Notes: a model not told the origin generated them from the letters alone. A stretch of DNA of 64,000 nt from Candidatus Krumholzibacteriia bacterium (GCA_041484665.1 JBGPIA010000003.1:32001-96000); one strand, 5' to 3'. Positions 28,264 to 38,488 are shown, counted from the first letter of the stretch. A program made the numbers and translations.

Positions 28264-29535
28264 TCAGACCTCCGACCAGCGTGCCGACACGTTCAAGAGC
28301 AGCCCCATCATGATGCAGCTGGAGAGCATGGAGCTGCCCCCGTAGCTGATCAACGGCAACGGCATGCCCGTGATGGGCAACAGCCCCGCCGTGATGGAGA
28401 TGTTCACGCACGACTGGAAGGCGAAGTAGGTGGCCACTCCCACCGCCAGCAGGCTGGCGAACGGCCGCTTGGCCTTCATGCCAATCTGCAGCGCCCGGTA
28501 GACCAGCAGCACGAACAGCGCGACCACCAGCAGCGCGCCGACCAGCCCCAGCTCCTCGCCCACCACCGAGAAGATGAAATCGGTGTGGCGCTCGGGCAAG
28601 AAGGCCAGCCCCTTCTGGCTCCCGTGGAGATACCCCTTGCCGAACAGCCCGCCGGAGCCGATGGCCACCTTGCTCTGGAAGATCTGGTAGCCGGAGCCCA
28701 GGCGGTCTGCCTCCTCCCCGGCCAGGAAGGTGAGCACGCGCTGCTGCTGGTACGGTTTGAGGTGTTCCCACACCAGCGGCACGCTGAGGCCGGTGACCAG
28801 ATTGGAGAAGACCAGCACCAGGCTTTGCAGCATGTACAGCCGCGAGAAGAACACGGCCAGCAAGAGCAGTAGCACGTAGAGCACCCAGGGCCAGGTGCTG
28901 TGCAGGACGTTCTCGCCGTAGAACATCACGACCGCCCCCAGCGCGGGCGAGATGATGGCCAAGAGCAGCAGCAAGCTGGCGCCGACCCACAGCAACATGG
29001 GAGCGGCCAGCGCCAGAAACACCAGAGATGTCCCCAGATCGGGCTCCTTGAGCGTGAGCAGGAAGGGCGGCACCGTCAGCAGCAGCGCCCCGCCCACGAG
29101 CAGGATGGGGCGGCTGCCGCGCCGCATGGCCAGGAAGCGCGCCAGGGCGAAGATCGTCGCGGCCTTGGTGAACTCCGAGGGCTGCAGCGAGAAAAGCCCC
29201 AGATCGATCCAGCGGCGGCTGCCCAACCGCTCCACGCCGAACAGCAGCACCGCCAGCAGCGCCAGCAGCGCGAGCCCATAGAGCGGGAAGGCCAGGGTCT
29301 CGAAGAAGCGGAACGGCACCAACAGGCACACCACTGCCGCGGCCACGCCGACGGCGACCCACAGCAGCTGATTGCGGAAGGTGCCGGGCCCCACGTTGCT
29401 GCGCAGCCCCTCCGATCCTCCGGGCAGCCCCACCGCGCAGCTGTAGACGATGGCCAGGCCGATGGCGATCAGCAGCAGCCACGCCAGGATCGCCGGCGCG
29501 TCGGTGCGGCCCAGGAGCTGCGTGAAGCGCCTCAT
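28264..29535 (-). CDS. rodA: rod shape-determining SEDS glycosyltransferase
   Basis: GSRRWI.LG..LQPSEF.K, EPDLGT, GYQ..QS..AIGSGG..GKG, LPERHTDFIF, LP.ISYGGSS. Confidence 0.96.
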   Translation of the reverse strand: MRRFTQLLGRTDAPAILAWLLLIAIGLAIVYSCAVGLPGGSEGLRSNVGPGTFRNQLLWVAVGVAAAVVCLLVPFRFFETLAFPLYGLALLALLAVLLFGVERLGSRRWIDLGLFSLQPSEFTKAATIFALARFLAMRRGSRPILLVGGALLLTVPPFLLTLKEPDLGTSLVFLALAAPMLLWVGASLLLLLAIISPALGAVVMFYGENVLHSTWPWVLYVLLLLLAVFFSRLYMLQSLVLVFSNLVTGLSVPLVWEHLKPYQQQRVLTFLAGEEADRLGSGYQIFQSKVAIGSGGLFGKGYLHGSQKGLAFLPERHTDFIFSVVGEELGLVGALLVVALFVLLVYRALQIGMKAKRPFASLLAVGVATYFAFQSCVNISITAGLLPITGMPLPLISYGGSSMLSSCIMMGLLLNVSARWSEV

Positions 29536-31343
29536 CCCTTCACCCCCGTAGCACGGGCGAGCGAGTCGGCATGCGTGGCGGTCTGCCACGTGAAGTAGGT
29601 GGTGAGGAGCTTGCCCACGATCGGAGCGGCGACGGAGCCGCCGTGCCCGGCGTTCTCCACGATCACGGCCACGGCGACCTCGGGGTGCTCGCTGGGCGCG
29701 TAGGCGACGAACCAGGCGTGGTCCTGGCCGTGGGGATTCTGCGCCGTGCCGGTCTTCCCGGACACCTCGATCCCCTCCACGCGTGCGAGGCTGCCGGTGC
29801 CCTGTTCGCCGGCCACGGCCTGGCGCATGGAGAGCTTGAGGAAATCGAGCACCTCCTGCGAGCAGACCGTCTCCGCCGACCGGCGTACCTGGCGTACCTC
29901 GCGCACGCCGAACACATTTTCGCGCGCGAGCACGATGTTGGGCCGGTAGAGATATCCGTCGCCGCCAACCGCGGCGTAGGTTCGCGCCAGCTGCAATGGA
30001 GTGACCAGCAGCTCGCCTTGCCCGATGGCGTTGTTGAGCATCACGCCGGGACCCCAGCCGCGCCGGCCCAGCTTCTCGTCGTAGTAGCTGGTGGTGGGCA
30101 CCAGGCCGGGCGACTCCCCGGCGAGCTCGATCCCGGTGCGGGCGGCCAGCCCGAAGCGCGCCGCGGTCTCGGCCAGCTCGTCGGGGGTGAGCAGTTGGCC
30201 CACCTGGTAGAAGTACACGTCGCAACTCTGGGCGATGGCCCCCAGCAGGTCGAGGCTGCCGTGACCCTCCGGCTTCCAGCAACGGAAGAAGCGGTTGCCG
30301 AATTGCAGGCCCCCGTGGCACGGGTGCATGCGCGTCAAGGGCGTGATGCGACGGCGCTCCAGCGCCGCGGCCGCCGTGATGAGCTTGTAAGTGCTACCGG
30401 GAGGGTAACCGCCCTGGAAGATGCGGTTGAACAGCGGGTGCTTGAGATCGTCGTTGAGGGCGACCCAGCGCGGCGCGCTGATCCCGCCGGTGAACTCGTT
30501 GGGGTCGAACGAGGGCGAACTCGCGGCGGCCAGGATGTCCCCCGTCGCAACCTCGATCACCACGCCGGCGCCCACTCGCCCCGCCAGCAGGTGCTCCAGC
30601 TCGGACTGCATGGGCTGGCTGATGGTGAGATAGAGGCGTACACCCGGGACCGATGGGATGTTCCCCTCGGGCAGCTCGCCCACCACGTGGCCGGCCGCGT
30701 TGACCTCCACGACCTTGCGCCCGTGGCGCCCGCGCAGCTGCTCCTCGGCCAAGGCTTCCACCCCGGCGCGGCCGATCATGTCCCCGGGGCCATAGAGGGC
30801 GTTGGCCCCCTCGCCCTGCGTCTCGTCGGAGCGCACCTCGCCCACGTAGCCCAGCAGGTGCGCCGCAAGCGGCCCGAAGCGATAGGTGCGTCGTGGCTGC
30901 ACTTCCAGCTGTACGTCGGGGAGCATCGTGCGGTGCTCTTCCACCTTTGCGATCTGCACGGGATCTGCGTGCCGCACGATGGTGACGCGGCCGTCCTCCG
31001 CGCCCCGCTCGAGTCGCTCTACGATCTGGGCGTCGTCGAGCTCCAGTAGCTGCTGCAGCGACGAAAGCGTCGCATCGCCCACACGGGCGTGCCGGCGCGC
31101 GATGGTGACCCGGGCCTGGTACTCGTTCTCGGCCAGCGGCACGCCATTGCGGTCGCAGATCGCGCCCCGCGGCGCCAGCACCCGCGTGCGGTACTGGCGG
31201 TTCTCTCTGGCGAGGGAGGCGTAGCGCTCCCCCTCGACCAGCTGCAGAGAGATCAGGGCGATCACGATCAGCAGATACCAGGCGCCGATCACCCCCATCA
31301 GCACGCGGCGGCGCAGCGGGGGAATCTCCTCACTAACTGCCAA
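29532..31343 (-). CDS. mrdA: penicillin-binding protein 2
   Basis: APRGAICDRNG, YPPGSTYK (SxxK), SCDVYFY, AIGQG, KTGTAQ. Confidence 0.96.
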   Translation of the reverse strand: MAVSEEIPPLRRRVLMGVIGAWYLLIVIALISLQLVEGERYASLARENRQYRTRVLAPRGAICDRNGVPLAENEYQARVTIARRHARVGDATLSSLQQLLELDDAQIVERLERGAEDGRVTIVRHADPVQIAKVEEHRTMLPDVQLEVQPRRTYRFGPLAAHLLGYVGEVRSDETQGEGANALYGPGDMIGRAGVEALAEEQLRGRHGRKVVEVNAAGHVVGELPEGNIPSVPGVRLYLTISQPMQSELEHLLAGRVGAGVVIEVATGDILAAASSPSFDPNEFTGGISAPRWVALNDDLKHPLFNRIFQGGYPPGSTYKLITAAAALERRRITPLTRMHPCHGGLQFGNRFFRCWKPEGHGSLDLLGAIAQSCDVYFYQVGQLLTPDELAETAARFGLAARTGIELAGESPGLVPTTSYYDEKLGRRGWGPGVMLNNAIGQGELLVTPLQLARTYAAVGGDGYLYRPNIVLARENVFGVREVRQVRRSAETVCSQEVLDFLKLSMRQAVAGEQGTGSLARVEGIEVSGKTGTAQNPHGQDHAWFVAYAPSEHPEVAVAVIVENAGHGGSVAAPIVGKLLTTYFTWQTATHADSLARATGVKG

Positions 31344-31845
31344 GCCTGCCCTCCCGCCGGGCCATGAGCCCTCCGCCGCCCCCGATGGCCGAAGCGACCA
31401 CGGCGATGAGCCCGCCGGCCAGCGCCGTGTAGATGGCCGTGGGGATGGCGATGGTGAAGTACATGGAGAAGAAACGGGGAAGCGACAGATGCGTGTAGGC
31501 CAACAAGAAAATCGCGTCGTGCACGAGCACCGACAAGCCCAGCAGCACCGCCAACAGCACAAGGCTCTCGGCCACCAGCTGCTGGGAGAGCTTCCCGATC
31601 CCGAAGCCCAGCACTGACTTGGCCAGGCACTGCATGCCCAACGTGTGGGGTTGCAGCAGCCCCTCGAGCAGGCCGATGCAGAAGCCCAGGACCGTACCGA
31701 AAACCGGGCCGCGGCGCTGGGCCAGGAACACCAGTAGCAGCAGCGCCAGGTCGGGGCGGATGCCCCACAGATCGATGCGGTTGACCAGCGCCACTTGCGC
31801 GACGAGCGTCAGGAGCACGGCGAGCACCAGCCGGATGCCGCTCAT
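31333..31845 (-). CDS. mreD: rod shape-determining protein MreD
   Basis: Hydrophobic protein with RPDL and GF..GLL motifs; synteny. Confidence 0.88.
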   Translation of the reverse strand: MSGIRLVLAVLLTLVAQVALVNRIDLWGIRPDLALLLLVFLAQRRGPVFGTVLGFCIGLLEGLLQPHTLGMQCLAKSVLGFGIGKLSQQLVAESLVLLAVLLGLSVLVHDAIFLLAYTHLSLPRFFSMYFTIAIPTAIYTALAGGLIAVVASAIGGGGGLMARREGRLGS

Positions 31846-32753
31846 GGGACGACACGCGGCGGAGGGTCCGTCCGGTCCGCCGCCGGCGACCGCGGCGTCG
31901 CGCTTTGCGCCTTCGAGGGCGGCGTGGCCCCCGACGCCCGCGGCTGTGGCTCGGCGGCGTACCAGGGCCCGGGCCGCGTCACCACGTAGACCTGCGACAG
32001 CGCACTGAAGCGCACGCCCGGCGAGACGACCACTTGCTGGAAGAGCTCGGTGCTGGTGCTCCGCACGTCGAGCACCGCTCCGATGGGGATCCCCCGCGGG
32101 ACGCTTCCGCCCAGCCCGCTGGTGACGAGCTCGTCGCCGGGGCGCAGCGGATCACCCTGGGGCACGTGGTCCAGGAGGAACTCGCGCCCGTCGTAGCGCA
32201 GGAGCCCCGTTACGCCGTTGCGCACGGCCTCGACGCTGATCCGCGACTCCTCGTCGGTGAGCAGCTGCACCAAGGCCAGATCGCGGCCGAGCACCTGGCG
32301 AACCCGGCCCACCAGCCCGGCCTCGGTCACAACCGGTTGCCACACGCGCAGCGTGTCGTCGCCGGTGACGCGGATCTTGGCCTGTACCGGGATCCGGCTC
32401 ACGATGACCTCCAGCACCACGGCGGGCGCCAGACGCCCGCGGTTGCGCTGGTAGAAGCCGGCACGGGCCTCCAGCTCCCCGAGACGCTGGCGCTGCGCCG
32501 CGATCTGGCGGCTGTCCAGCTCGAGGGCGGCCAGCCGGGCCTTGAGCTCCTGGTTCTCGGCGCGCAGGCTCGCCACCTTGTCCAGTACGCGCGCGCTCCA
32601 CTCCACGGGGGTGGTGAGCCAGTGCGCCCAACGCGTCGCGTACTGAACCTTGGAGGTCTCGCCCATCGACAGGAGCGAGGCGGAGACCAGCACGCAGGCG
32701 GCCAGCACCAGCTTGTCCAGATAGCGGGCCAGGCCGTGCGGGACGCCCGCCAT
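31842..32753 (-). CDS. mreC: rod shape-determining protein MreC
   Basis: TM, coiled coil (LRAENQELK), GLVGRV, GDELVTSGLGG..PRGIPIG. Confidence 0.92.
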   Translation of the reverse strand: MAGVPHGLARYLDKLVLAACVLVSASLLSMGETSKVQYATRWAHWLTTPVEWSARVLDKVASLRAENQELKARLAALELDSRQIAAQRQRLGELEARAGFYQRNRGRLAPAVVLEVIVSRIPVQAKIRVTGDDTLRVWQPVVTEAGLVGRVRQVLGRDLALVQLLTDEESRISVEAVRNGVTGLLRYDGREFLLDHVPQGDPLRPGDELVTSGLGGSVPRGIPIGAVLDVRSTSTELFQQVVVSPGVRFSALSQVYVVTRPGPWYAAEPQPRASGATPPSKAQSATPRSPAADRTDPPPRVVP

Positions 32754-32755
32754 GG

Positions 32756-33796
32756 CTAGTCCCGGGCGCTCTGCATGATCACGTCCTCGTACGCGCCCAC
32801 CTGATCGAGGATCTTGCCCGTGCCGAGCACGACGCAGAAGGCGGGGTCGTCGACGGTGTTGATGGGCAGGTTGGTCGCCGAGCGCAGCAGAGCCGCCAGC
32901 CCCTTGAGCATGGAGCCGCCGCCGGTGGCGACGATTCCGCGATCGACGATGTCGGCGGCGAGCTCGGGAGGGGTCTGCTCGAGTGCCCGCTTGAGCGCCT
33001 CGACGATCTGCGCGAGGGGCTCCTGCAGCGCAGCCCGGATCTCGTCGGAGCTGATGCGAAGCGTCTTGGGGATGCCCGCCACCAGGTCGCGTCCCTTGAC
33101 CTCCATCTCGAGCTCGGAGTCGAGCTTGAAGGCGCTGCCAATCTCCTTCTTGATGGCCTCCGCCGTCTGGTCGCCGATGAGCAGGTTGTAGTTCTTCTTG
33201 AGGTACTGGACAATCGCCTCATCCATCTCATCGCCTGCCACGCGGATGGAGGTGTCACAGACGATACCGTTGAGCGCGATCACCGCGATGTCGGTGGTGC
33301 CACCGCCGATGTCGATGATCATGTTGCCGCTGGGCTGATCGACGGGCAGCCCGACGCCGATCGCGGCGGCGATGGGCTGGGCCACCAGGAACACCTCGCG
33401 CGAGCCGGCGTGCCGCGCCGAATCGCGCACAGCGCGCTTCTCCACCTCGGTGATGCGGCTGGGGACCGAGATGATGATGCGCGGCGCGATGAAGTGGCGC
33501 TTCTTCTGCGCCAGCTGGATGAACTCGCGCAGCATGTGCTGCGTAACCTCGAAGTCGGCAATCACGCCGTCCTTGAGGGGGCGGATCGCTTCGATCCGCT
33601 CGGGAGTCTTGCCCAGCATCGCCTTGGCCGCGCTGCCGACCGCGTGCACCTTGCGCGTCGTGCGGTCGACCGCGACCACACTGGGCTCGTTGAGCACGAT
33701 CCCCTTGCCCTTGATGTACACCAGCGTCGTGGCGGTGCCCAGGTCGATCGCGATGTCGTTGGTGAAGAGGCCGTTCACCCGGTTCCAGATTCCCAT
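32756..33796 (-). CDS. mreB: rod shape-determining actin homolog
   Basis: IAIDLGT, EPSVVA, IRPLKDGVIADF, DIGGGTT, KGRDL..GIP, TGGG; start 33796 or 33829. Confidence 0.98.
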   Translation of the reverse strand: MGIWNRVNGLFTNDIAIDLGTATTLVYIKGKGIVLNEPSVVAVDRTTRKVHAVGSAAKAMLGKTPERIEAIRPLKDGVIADFEVTQHMLREFIQLAQKKRHFIAPRIIISVPSRITEVEKRAVRDSARHAGSREVFLVAQPIAAAIGVGLPVDQPSGNMIIDIGGGTTDIAVIALNGIVCDTSIRVAGDEMDEAIVQYLKKNYNLLIGDQTAEAIKKEIGSAFKLDSELEMEVKGRDLVAGIPKTLRISSDEIRAALQEPLAQIVEALKRALEQTPPELAADIVDRGIVATGGGSMLKGLAALLRSATNLPINTVDDPAFCVVLGTGKILDQVGAYEDVIMQSARD

Positions 33797-33844
33797 GCCG
33801 GAATCCCCATTGCTTCGATTGCTTCTCATTGGTCCGCCCGCCGG

Positions 33845-34519
33845 TCAGAAGGCGCCCCGCTCACGGAGGCTCGTGTAGGTCCCATCGCCGAGGACCAGGT
33901 GGTCAAGGAGCTTGATGCCCAACGTCTCGCCACAGGCCGCCAGGCGCCGGGTGAGCCGCACGTCGTCCTCGCTGGGCTCGGCACATCCGGAGGGGTGGTT
34001 GTGCGCCAGCACCAGCGCCGCAGCTCCCACCGCGATCGCTCCGCGGAAGACCTCACGGGGTTCCACGCCTGCAGCGTTGAGCCCTCCCAGCGCGACGAGC
34101 GACATCCGCAGCACCTGATTGCGGGCACCGAGGCAGAGCACCGCGACGGCCTCCTGCCCGAGCTCCTCCAACAGGGGTGCGAGAATGTGCGCGGCGTCCG
34201 CCGGTCCCTGCACGCACTCTTGCGCCGCCACTGGAGCGCGCGCCGCGCGCCGGCCCAACTCGAACGCTGCCGCCAGCGCCGTCGAACGCGCCGCGCCGAC
34301 GCCCTTGACCGCGGCTAGCTCGTTGGCGTTCACCCGCGCCAGCGCCTTCAGGCTCCCGAACCGCTCCAGCAGAGCCTGGGCCAGCGCAAGCCCGCCCGCG
34401 CCCGGTCGACCTCCGCCGAGCAGAAGCGCCAGGAGCTCGCCCGCCGAAAGCGCGCCCGCGCCCAGGCGAAGGCACCGTTCGCGCGGACGCTCTCCCTCCG
34501 GTAGTCCCGCGATGCGCAT
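33845..34519 (-). CDS. radC: RadC/UPF0758 JAB-domain protein
   Basis: ERPRER...G...LS..ELLA, PREVF, AHNHPSG..EPS..D, LLDHLV; radC-mreB synteny. Confidence 0.95.
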   Translation of the reverse strand: MRIAGLPEGERPRERCLRLGAGALSAGELLALLLGGGRPGAGGLALAQALLERFGSLKALARVNANELAAVKGVGAARSTALAAAFELGRRAARAPVAAQECVQGPADAAHILAPLLEELGQEAVAVLCLGARNQVLRMSLVALGGLNAAGVEPREVFRGAIAVGAAALVLAHNHPSGCAEPSEDDVRLTRRLAACGETLGIKLLDHLVLGDGTYTSLRERGAF

Positions 34520-34618
34520 GCAACATGGGGAGGGCGGGACGGGAGGGCCTCGGCGCCCCGGGCGGTCTGTCGCCGCAAGTTCTTGAGCGGCAATGACCTA
34601 GCCACCACGCGGTGGGGA

Positions 34619-34648
34619 ACCTTAGCAGACCCGACGGCGCGGGTTCAA
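34619..34648 (-). promoter_or_regulatory. radC-mreBCD promoter
   Basis: TTGAAC-18 bp-TAAGGT with TGn extension. Confidence 0.4.
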
Positions 34649-34794
34649 CAGTTATTTCTCCCGGCGGCCGCAGCAGATATGTTTACCGGCTGGATGCGGC
34701 GCGATCCTTGCCGCGCCCGGCCACGGGACGCCCGGCCGGCCGCGGGCCCAAGCCCCGGCGAGGCGGACCACGAGTCGAGGGGGGGAGCAGGAGC

Positions 34795-35994
34795 GTGCAG
34801 CTGCGGGTTCTCAAGTTCGGTGGCTCGTCTCTCACCGGAATCGACCAGATCGAGACCGCTGCGCGCCGTGTGGCCGAGGCCGTGTCCCTCGGAGGCCACA
34901 CCGTCGTGGTTGTCTCGGCGCTCGCCGGCGTCACCAATCGGCTCTTGTCCAGCGCACGGCGCCTGCACCCCGATCCGCCCGGCGAGGAGCTGGATCGCCT
35001 GCTGTCGACCGGCGAGTCGCAGGCGGCAGCGCTGCTCTGCCTCGCGCTGCGGCAGCTGGGGATCCCCGCGCGCTCCTTCGGCGGAGGCGCAGCGGGCCTG
35101 CAGACCGATGACTGCTTCGGGCGGGCCCGCATCATCAAGGTGCACACCGCGCCGTTGTCGGCTGCGCTGCAGGCCGGTGAGATCCCCGTGGTCGCGGGCT
35201 TCCAGGGCGTTACGCCCGACGGACGGATCACGACGCTGGGTCGCGGCGGCTCCGATATCACCGCCGTCGCGCTGGCGGTCGCGCACATGGCCGACCGCGT
35301 CGTCTTCTTCCGCGACGTGGATGGCGTCCACTCCGCCGACCCCAAGCTGCTGTCCGCGACGCTGCGGCTGCCGCGTCTGGACTACGAGTCGCTGATCGAC
35401 CTGGCCGAGGCCGGCGCGCCCATCCTCCACCCGCAGGCGCTGGAGACCGCACGCGCGCACCGCCTCACCCTGGAGGTCCGCGGCGTCGCCGAGGGCTCGG
35501 GGGCCACGCTGATCTGCGGCGAGGCGCTTCCGGGAACCACGCCAGTGTGGAGCGTCTCGCTCTCACACGCGATCAGTCTGCTGACGGTGGAGGAGCTGCC
35601 CCAGGACGTCGGCGTCATCGCGCAGCTCCTGGCGCTGCTCGACCGGACCGACCTCCCGCTGGAGGGGGAGCTGGTGGCGAGCGACTCCCGGTCGCTGCGC
35701 CTCACGCTGCAGCTGCCCGACATCGAGGGTCCGGCCTTGCACTCACAGATCGCCGATTTCCTGCGCGAGGAGCGCTCGGTGCGCTTCGACCTGGAACGCC
35801 AGCGCCGCCGGGTCACACTGGTGGGCAAGGGCGTGGCCAGCCGGCGCGTCTCGCAGGCGGTGGAGCGCATCGGCGCGCAACTCGGCCCGCCCATGGCAAC
35901 CTATCACGGTGAGCGCCACCGCGCGTTCGTCGTGCCCGAGCGCGACGGCAAGCTGTGGCTGACCGGGCTGCACCAAGCGTTGATCCGGGCCTGA
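34795..35994 (+). CDS. lysC: aspartate kinase
   Basis: VLKFGGSS, VVVVSA, STGE, VAGFQG, TTLGRGGSD, DVDGV..ADP. Confidence 0.92.
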   Translation: MQLRVLKFGGSSLTGIDQIETAARRVAEAVSLGGHTVVVVSALAGVTNRLLSSARRLHPDPPGEELDRLLSTGESQAAALLCLALRQLGIPARSFGGGAAGLQTDDCFGRARIIKVHTAPLSAALQAGEIPVVAGFQGVTPDGRITTLGRGGSDITAVALAVAHMADRVVFFRDVDGVHSADPKLLSATLRLPRLDYESLIDLAEAGAPILHPQALETARAHRLTLEVRGVAEGSGATLICGEALPGTTPVWSVSLSHAISLLTVEELPQDVGVIAQLLALLDRTDLPLEGELVASDSRSLRLTLQLPDIEGPALHSQIADFLREERSVRFDLERQRRRVTLVGKGVASRRVSQAVERIGAQLGPPMATYHGERHRAFVVPERDGKLWLTGLHQALIRA

Positions 35995-36001
35995 CGCCGC
36001 G

Positions 36002-37225
36002 TCACCCCGACAGCGACCCTCCCAGGCGCGCGCGCTCCTGCTCGAGCATGTGCCGCCATGGGCTGCGCGGGTGCTCGTCGATGGCGCGCTCGAGCGCGGC
36101 CAGCCCCTCGTCGCGGTTCCCGACCCGCGTCAGCAGCAGGGTCGCCGCGCGCGCCATGGCGTGGTCGGCGCCTTCGCGCCCGCCATAGAAGCGGGCGTAG
36201 TCCAGATAGGCCGTGGCGGCCCACGCGAACTGCGTCGATTTCTCCAGCCAGAAGGCAACGCGTCGCTGCCGTCGCGGCGATAAGATGAACGCAGCATTCG
36301 CCCGGCGCGCCTCGATGAAGACCTCGCAAGCGCCGGCCATGTCACTGCGCCGCATGCGCTGGGCTACCAGATCGCGGAACATACGCTGCGCCTCGCCCCG
36401 GTCGCCCTGGATGCACAGCAGGCGCGCCAGATCCAACTGCGATTCCTCGTCGTCGGGAACGTCGCGCAGATAGCGCTGCAGCAACCCGACGGCATCGTGG
36501 AGGTTGCCCACCTCGCGGGCGTGCCGCGCCTGCGCCAGTACGTGCTCCACGCGCCCCTTGCGCGAGAGTCCGAGGCTGATCGCCAGCAGCAGCCCCGTCA
36601 GCAGCCCGCCCAGATGCGCGCCGTAGGCGGTCCCGCCACCGCCCCCGCTCCCCAACGCGAGGGCAATCTGCAGGCCCACCCACAACAAGACACCCACCGC
36701 CGCCGGTACGTACGTCGTGCCGGTCCGATTGATCCCCTGCAGCGGCAAGAATGCCCACCAGGCGAGCTTGATGCGGGCGAAGTAGTACCGCAGCAGGAAG
36801 AGGCCCAGAAGCCCGCTGAGCGCCCCGCTGGCACCCACGACCCCACCGTGGGCCGCGGCCGGAGCCCAGCGCATGACCAGCGCACCCTGCATGAGATTGC
36901 CCAGGTAGCCGCAAGTGCAGAACAGCCCAAACAGCCCGACGCTGCCCAGGGCGCGCTCCAGCGCGGGACCAAACACCCACAGGTAGATGAGGTTGCCCAG
37001 CAGGTGCATCCAGCCGGCGTGGAGGAAACACGCGGTCAGCGGAGTGAGCAGCCCCGCCGTCGCCGGCCGGTAGGTCCACGCCCACCAGCTCACATCGTTG
37101 GTGGAGCGCAGCGGCACCGAGAGCACGAAGATGACCGTGAGGCCCAGCAGCAGAGCCCAGGTCATGACCGGCCGGCGCGCGCTGGGCACGTCGACGCCCA
37201 CCGGGTAGTAGTAGAAGAAGTACAC
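36002..37225 (-). CDS. rhomboid intramembrane serine protease with C-terminal TPR-like region
   Basis: FLHAGWMHLLGN, VGASGA (catalytic Ser), AHLGG (catalytic His); helical C-terminus. Confidence 0.9.
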   Translation of the reverse strand: MYFFYYYPVGVDVPSARRPVMTWALLLGLTVIFVLSVPLRSTNDVSWWAWTYRPATAGLLTPLTACFLHAGWMHLLGNLIYLWVFGPALERALGSVGLFGLFCTCGYLGNLMQGALVMRWAPAAAHGGVVGASGALSGLLGLFLLRYYFARIKLAWWAFLPLQGINRTGTTYVPAAVGVLLWVGLQIALALGSGGGGGTAYGAHLGGLLTGLLLAISLGLSRKGRVEHVLAQARHAREVGNLHDAVGLLQRYLRDVPDDEESQLDLARLLCIQGDRGEAQRMFRDLVAQRMRRSDMAGACEVFIEARRANAAFILSPRRQRRVAFWLEKSTQFAWAATAYLDYARFYGGREGADHAMARAATLLLTRVGNRDEGLAALERAIDEHPRSPWRHMLEQERARLGGSLSG

Positions 37226-37396
37226 GTCGGCCTCGTGCGTCCGTGGTCGCGGAAGCGGCAGGGATCGCGGCCGCAAGTTCCGTACCGGGGGCGTGCGCGG
37301 GGAGGCTGGGTTGAGCCACGCCGCGGGGGCTTCGCGGCGTGCTCGCAGAGGTGGCCAGCTGCGCGGTCGTGATCTGGGTCGCCGCTGCGGAACAGC

Positions 37397-38437
37397 TCAG
37401 CGAGCGACCGGTTGCGGCGGTACCGCCCAGAGCGTGGGCTCGCGGATCCAGTCCCGCGGGCCCAAGCGGCGGACGGCGCAAAGCCGCTGAGCGAGGTCTC
37501 CCAGCTGGGCGAAGCGATCGCGGCGTACGCGGCCGCGGGCGTGGAGCAGGCAGCCCTCCCCTTCCCAGAGTGCCACGTGATCGGCGGTCCCCCCGGCCTC
37601 GCCGAAGAACAGCAGATCGCCGGGACGCCAGGCGCTCGGGTCCAGCTCCAGCGGGCCACCGCACTGCGCCTGCTGCGCAGCGTCGCGCGGCAGGGCGAAG
37701 CCGGCCAGCCCACAGACCAGTTGCACCAGCCCGCTGCAGTCCAATCCGGCGGGCGTGCGGCCGCCCCAGCGGTAGGCGGCGCCCAGCAGCCTGCGGGCGC
37801 GCTCCACGGCCTGCGCGGGCTCACCGCCGGGCGGCTGCGACTCGATCTGCGCCGCGTCGAGCACGCCGCGGCTGCCGTCGGGAAGCTCGACCTCGCCGCG
37901 ACTCGACGTGGCGTCGCGCGGACGCAGCAACGGGACACCCATCCACAGAGTGCAGGCGGCGTCGCCGCTCGCGCGGGCCGACCAGAGCGTCCCCGTGGGA
38001 TCGCGGAACCGCCCGCAGCGGCGCCGCAGGAGAGCATCCAGCTCGCCTGTGGCCAGCGGCCGCAGCGACCAGGCACGGGCCCAGCCGACGTAGCCGTCCT
38101 CGGCGGCGACCAGGCACCACCCCTGCGCCTCCAGCAGGAGCGTTACCCGCTCGCCCATGCGCAGTTCGCTGACGAGCCCGGCGACGTGGGCCGCAGCGGC
38201 GCGTAGGGGCTCGATGGGTGTGGCGACCATCGACTCACCCAGCGAAGCGAGAGGTGCGACCGCCGCTGCCTGCGCAGCGACCTGCGCGGCCGCAGGCGGG
38301 AACGCCGCCCAGTCTGGACCGCTGGAGTCCCCCACGGTCTGTGGCGCGGGCGTGGGGCCGAGCCAGGCATTGCGCCAGTCCACCGCCAAGGCCATCAGGC
38401 GGGCCCGCAGGGCCTCCGGAACGCTGGGGTCGATCAT
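37397..38437 (-). CDS. NlpC/P60 (C40) peptidase with SH3b-like domain (YkfC-like)
   Basis: Y.WGG....GLDCSGL, LPRDA.QQ, PGDLLFF, HVAL, LLHA; DGYVGW SH3b motif. Confidence 0.9.
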   Translation of the reverse strand: MIDPSVPEALRARLMALAVDWRNAWLGPTPAPQTVGDSSGPDWAAFPPAAAQVAAQAAAVAPLASLGESMVATPIEPLRAAAAHVAGLVSELRMGERVTLLLEAQGWCLVAAEDGYVGWARAWSLRPLATGELDALLRRRCGRFRDPTGTLWSARASGDAACTLWMGVPLLRPRDATSSRGEVELPDGSRGVLDAAQIESQPPGGEPAQAVERARRLLGAAYRWGGRTPAGLDCSGLVQLVCGLAGFALPRDAAQQAQCGGPLELDPSAWRPGDLLFFGEAGGTADHVALWEGEGCLLHARGRVRRDRFAQLGDLAQRLCAVRRLGPRDWIREPTLWAVPPQPVAR

Positions 38438-38488
38438 CCCTCTCCCGCGCCTGCAACGAGCGCGCCGGCGGCGATGGCACCGCGGGAG

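Noticed and set aside
33845..34519. radC as a mobile-element or anti-defence JAB gene
   Set aside because: It is the full-length chromosomal type with the N-terminal HhH region, in the common radC-mreBCD context.
34520..34794. Lysine riboswitch upstream of the aspartokinase
   Set aside because: No recognisable lysine-riboswitch core or expression platform; only generic GC-rich hairpins.
36002..37225. Rhomboid as a rhombosortase
   Set aside because: It has a long TPR-like C-terminus, and no GlyGly-CTERM substrate is visible in the window.
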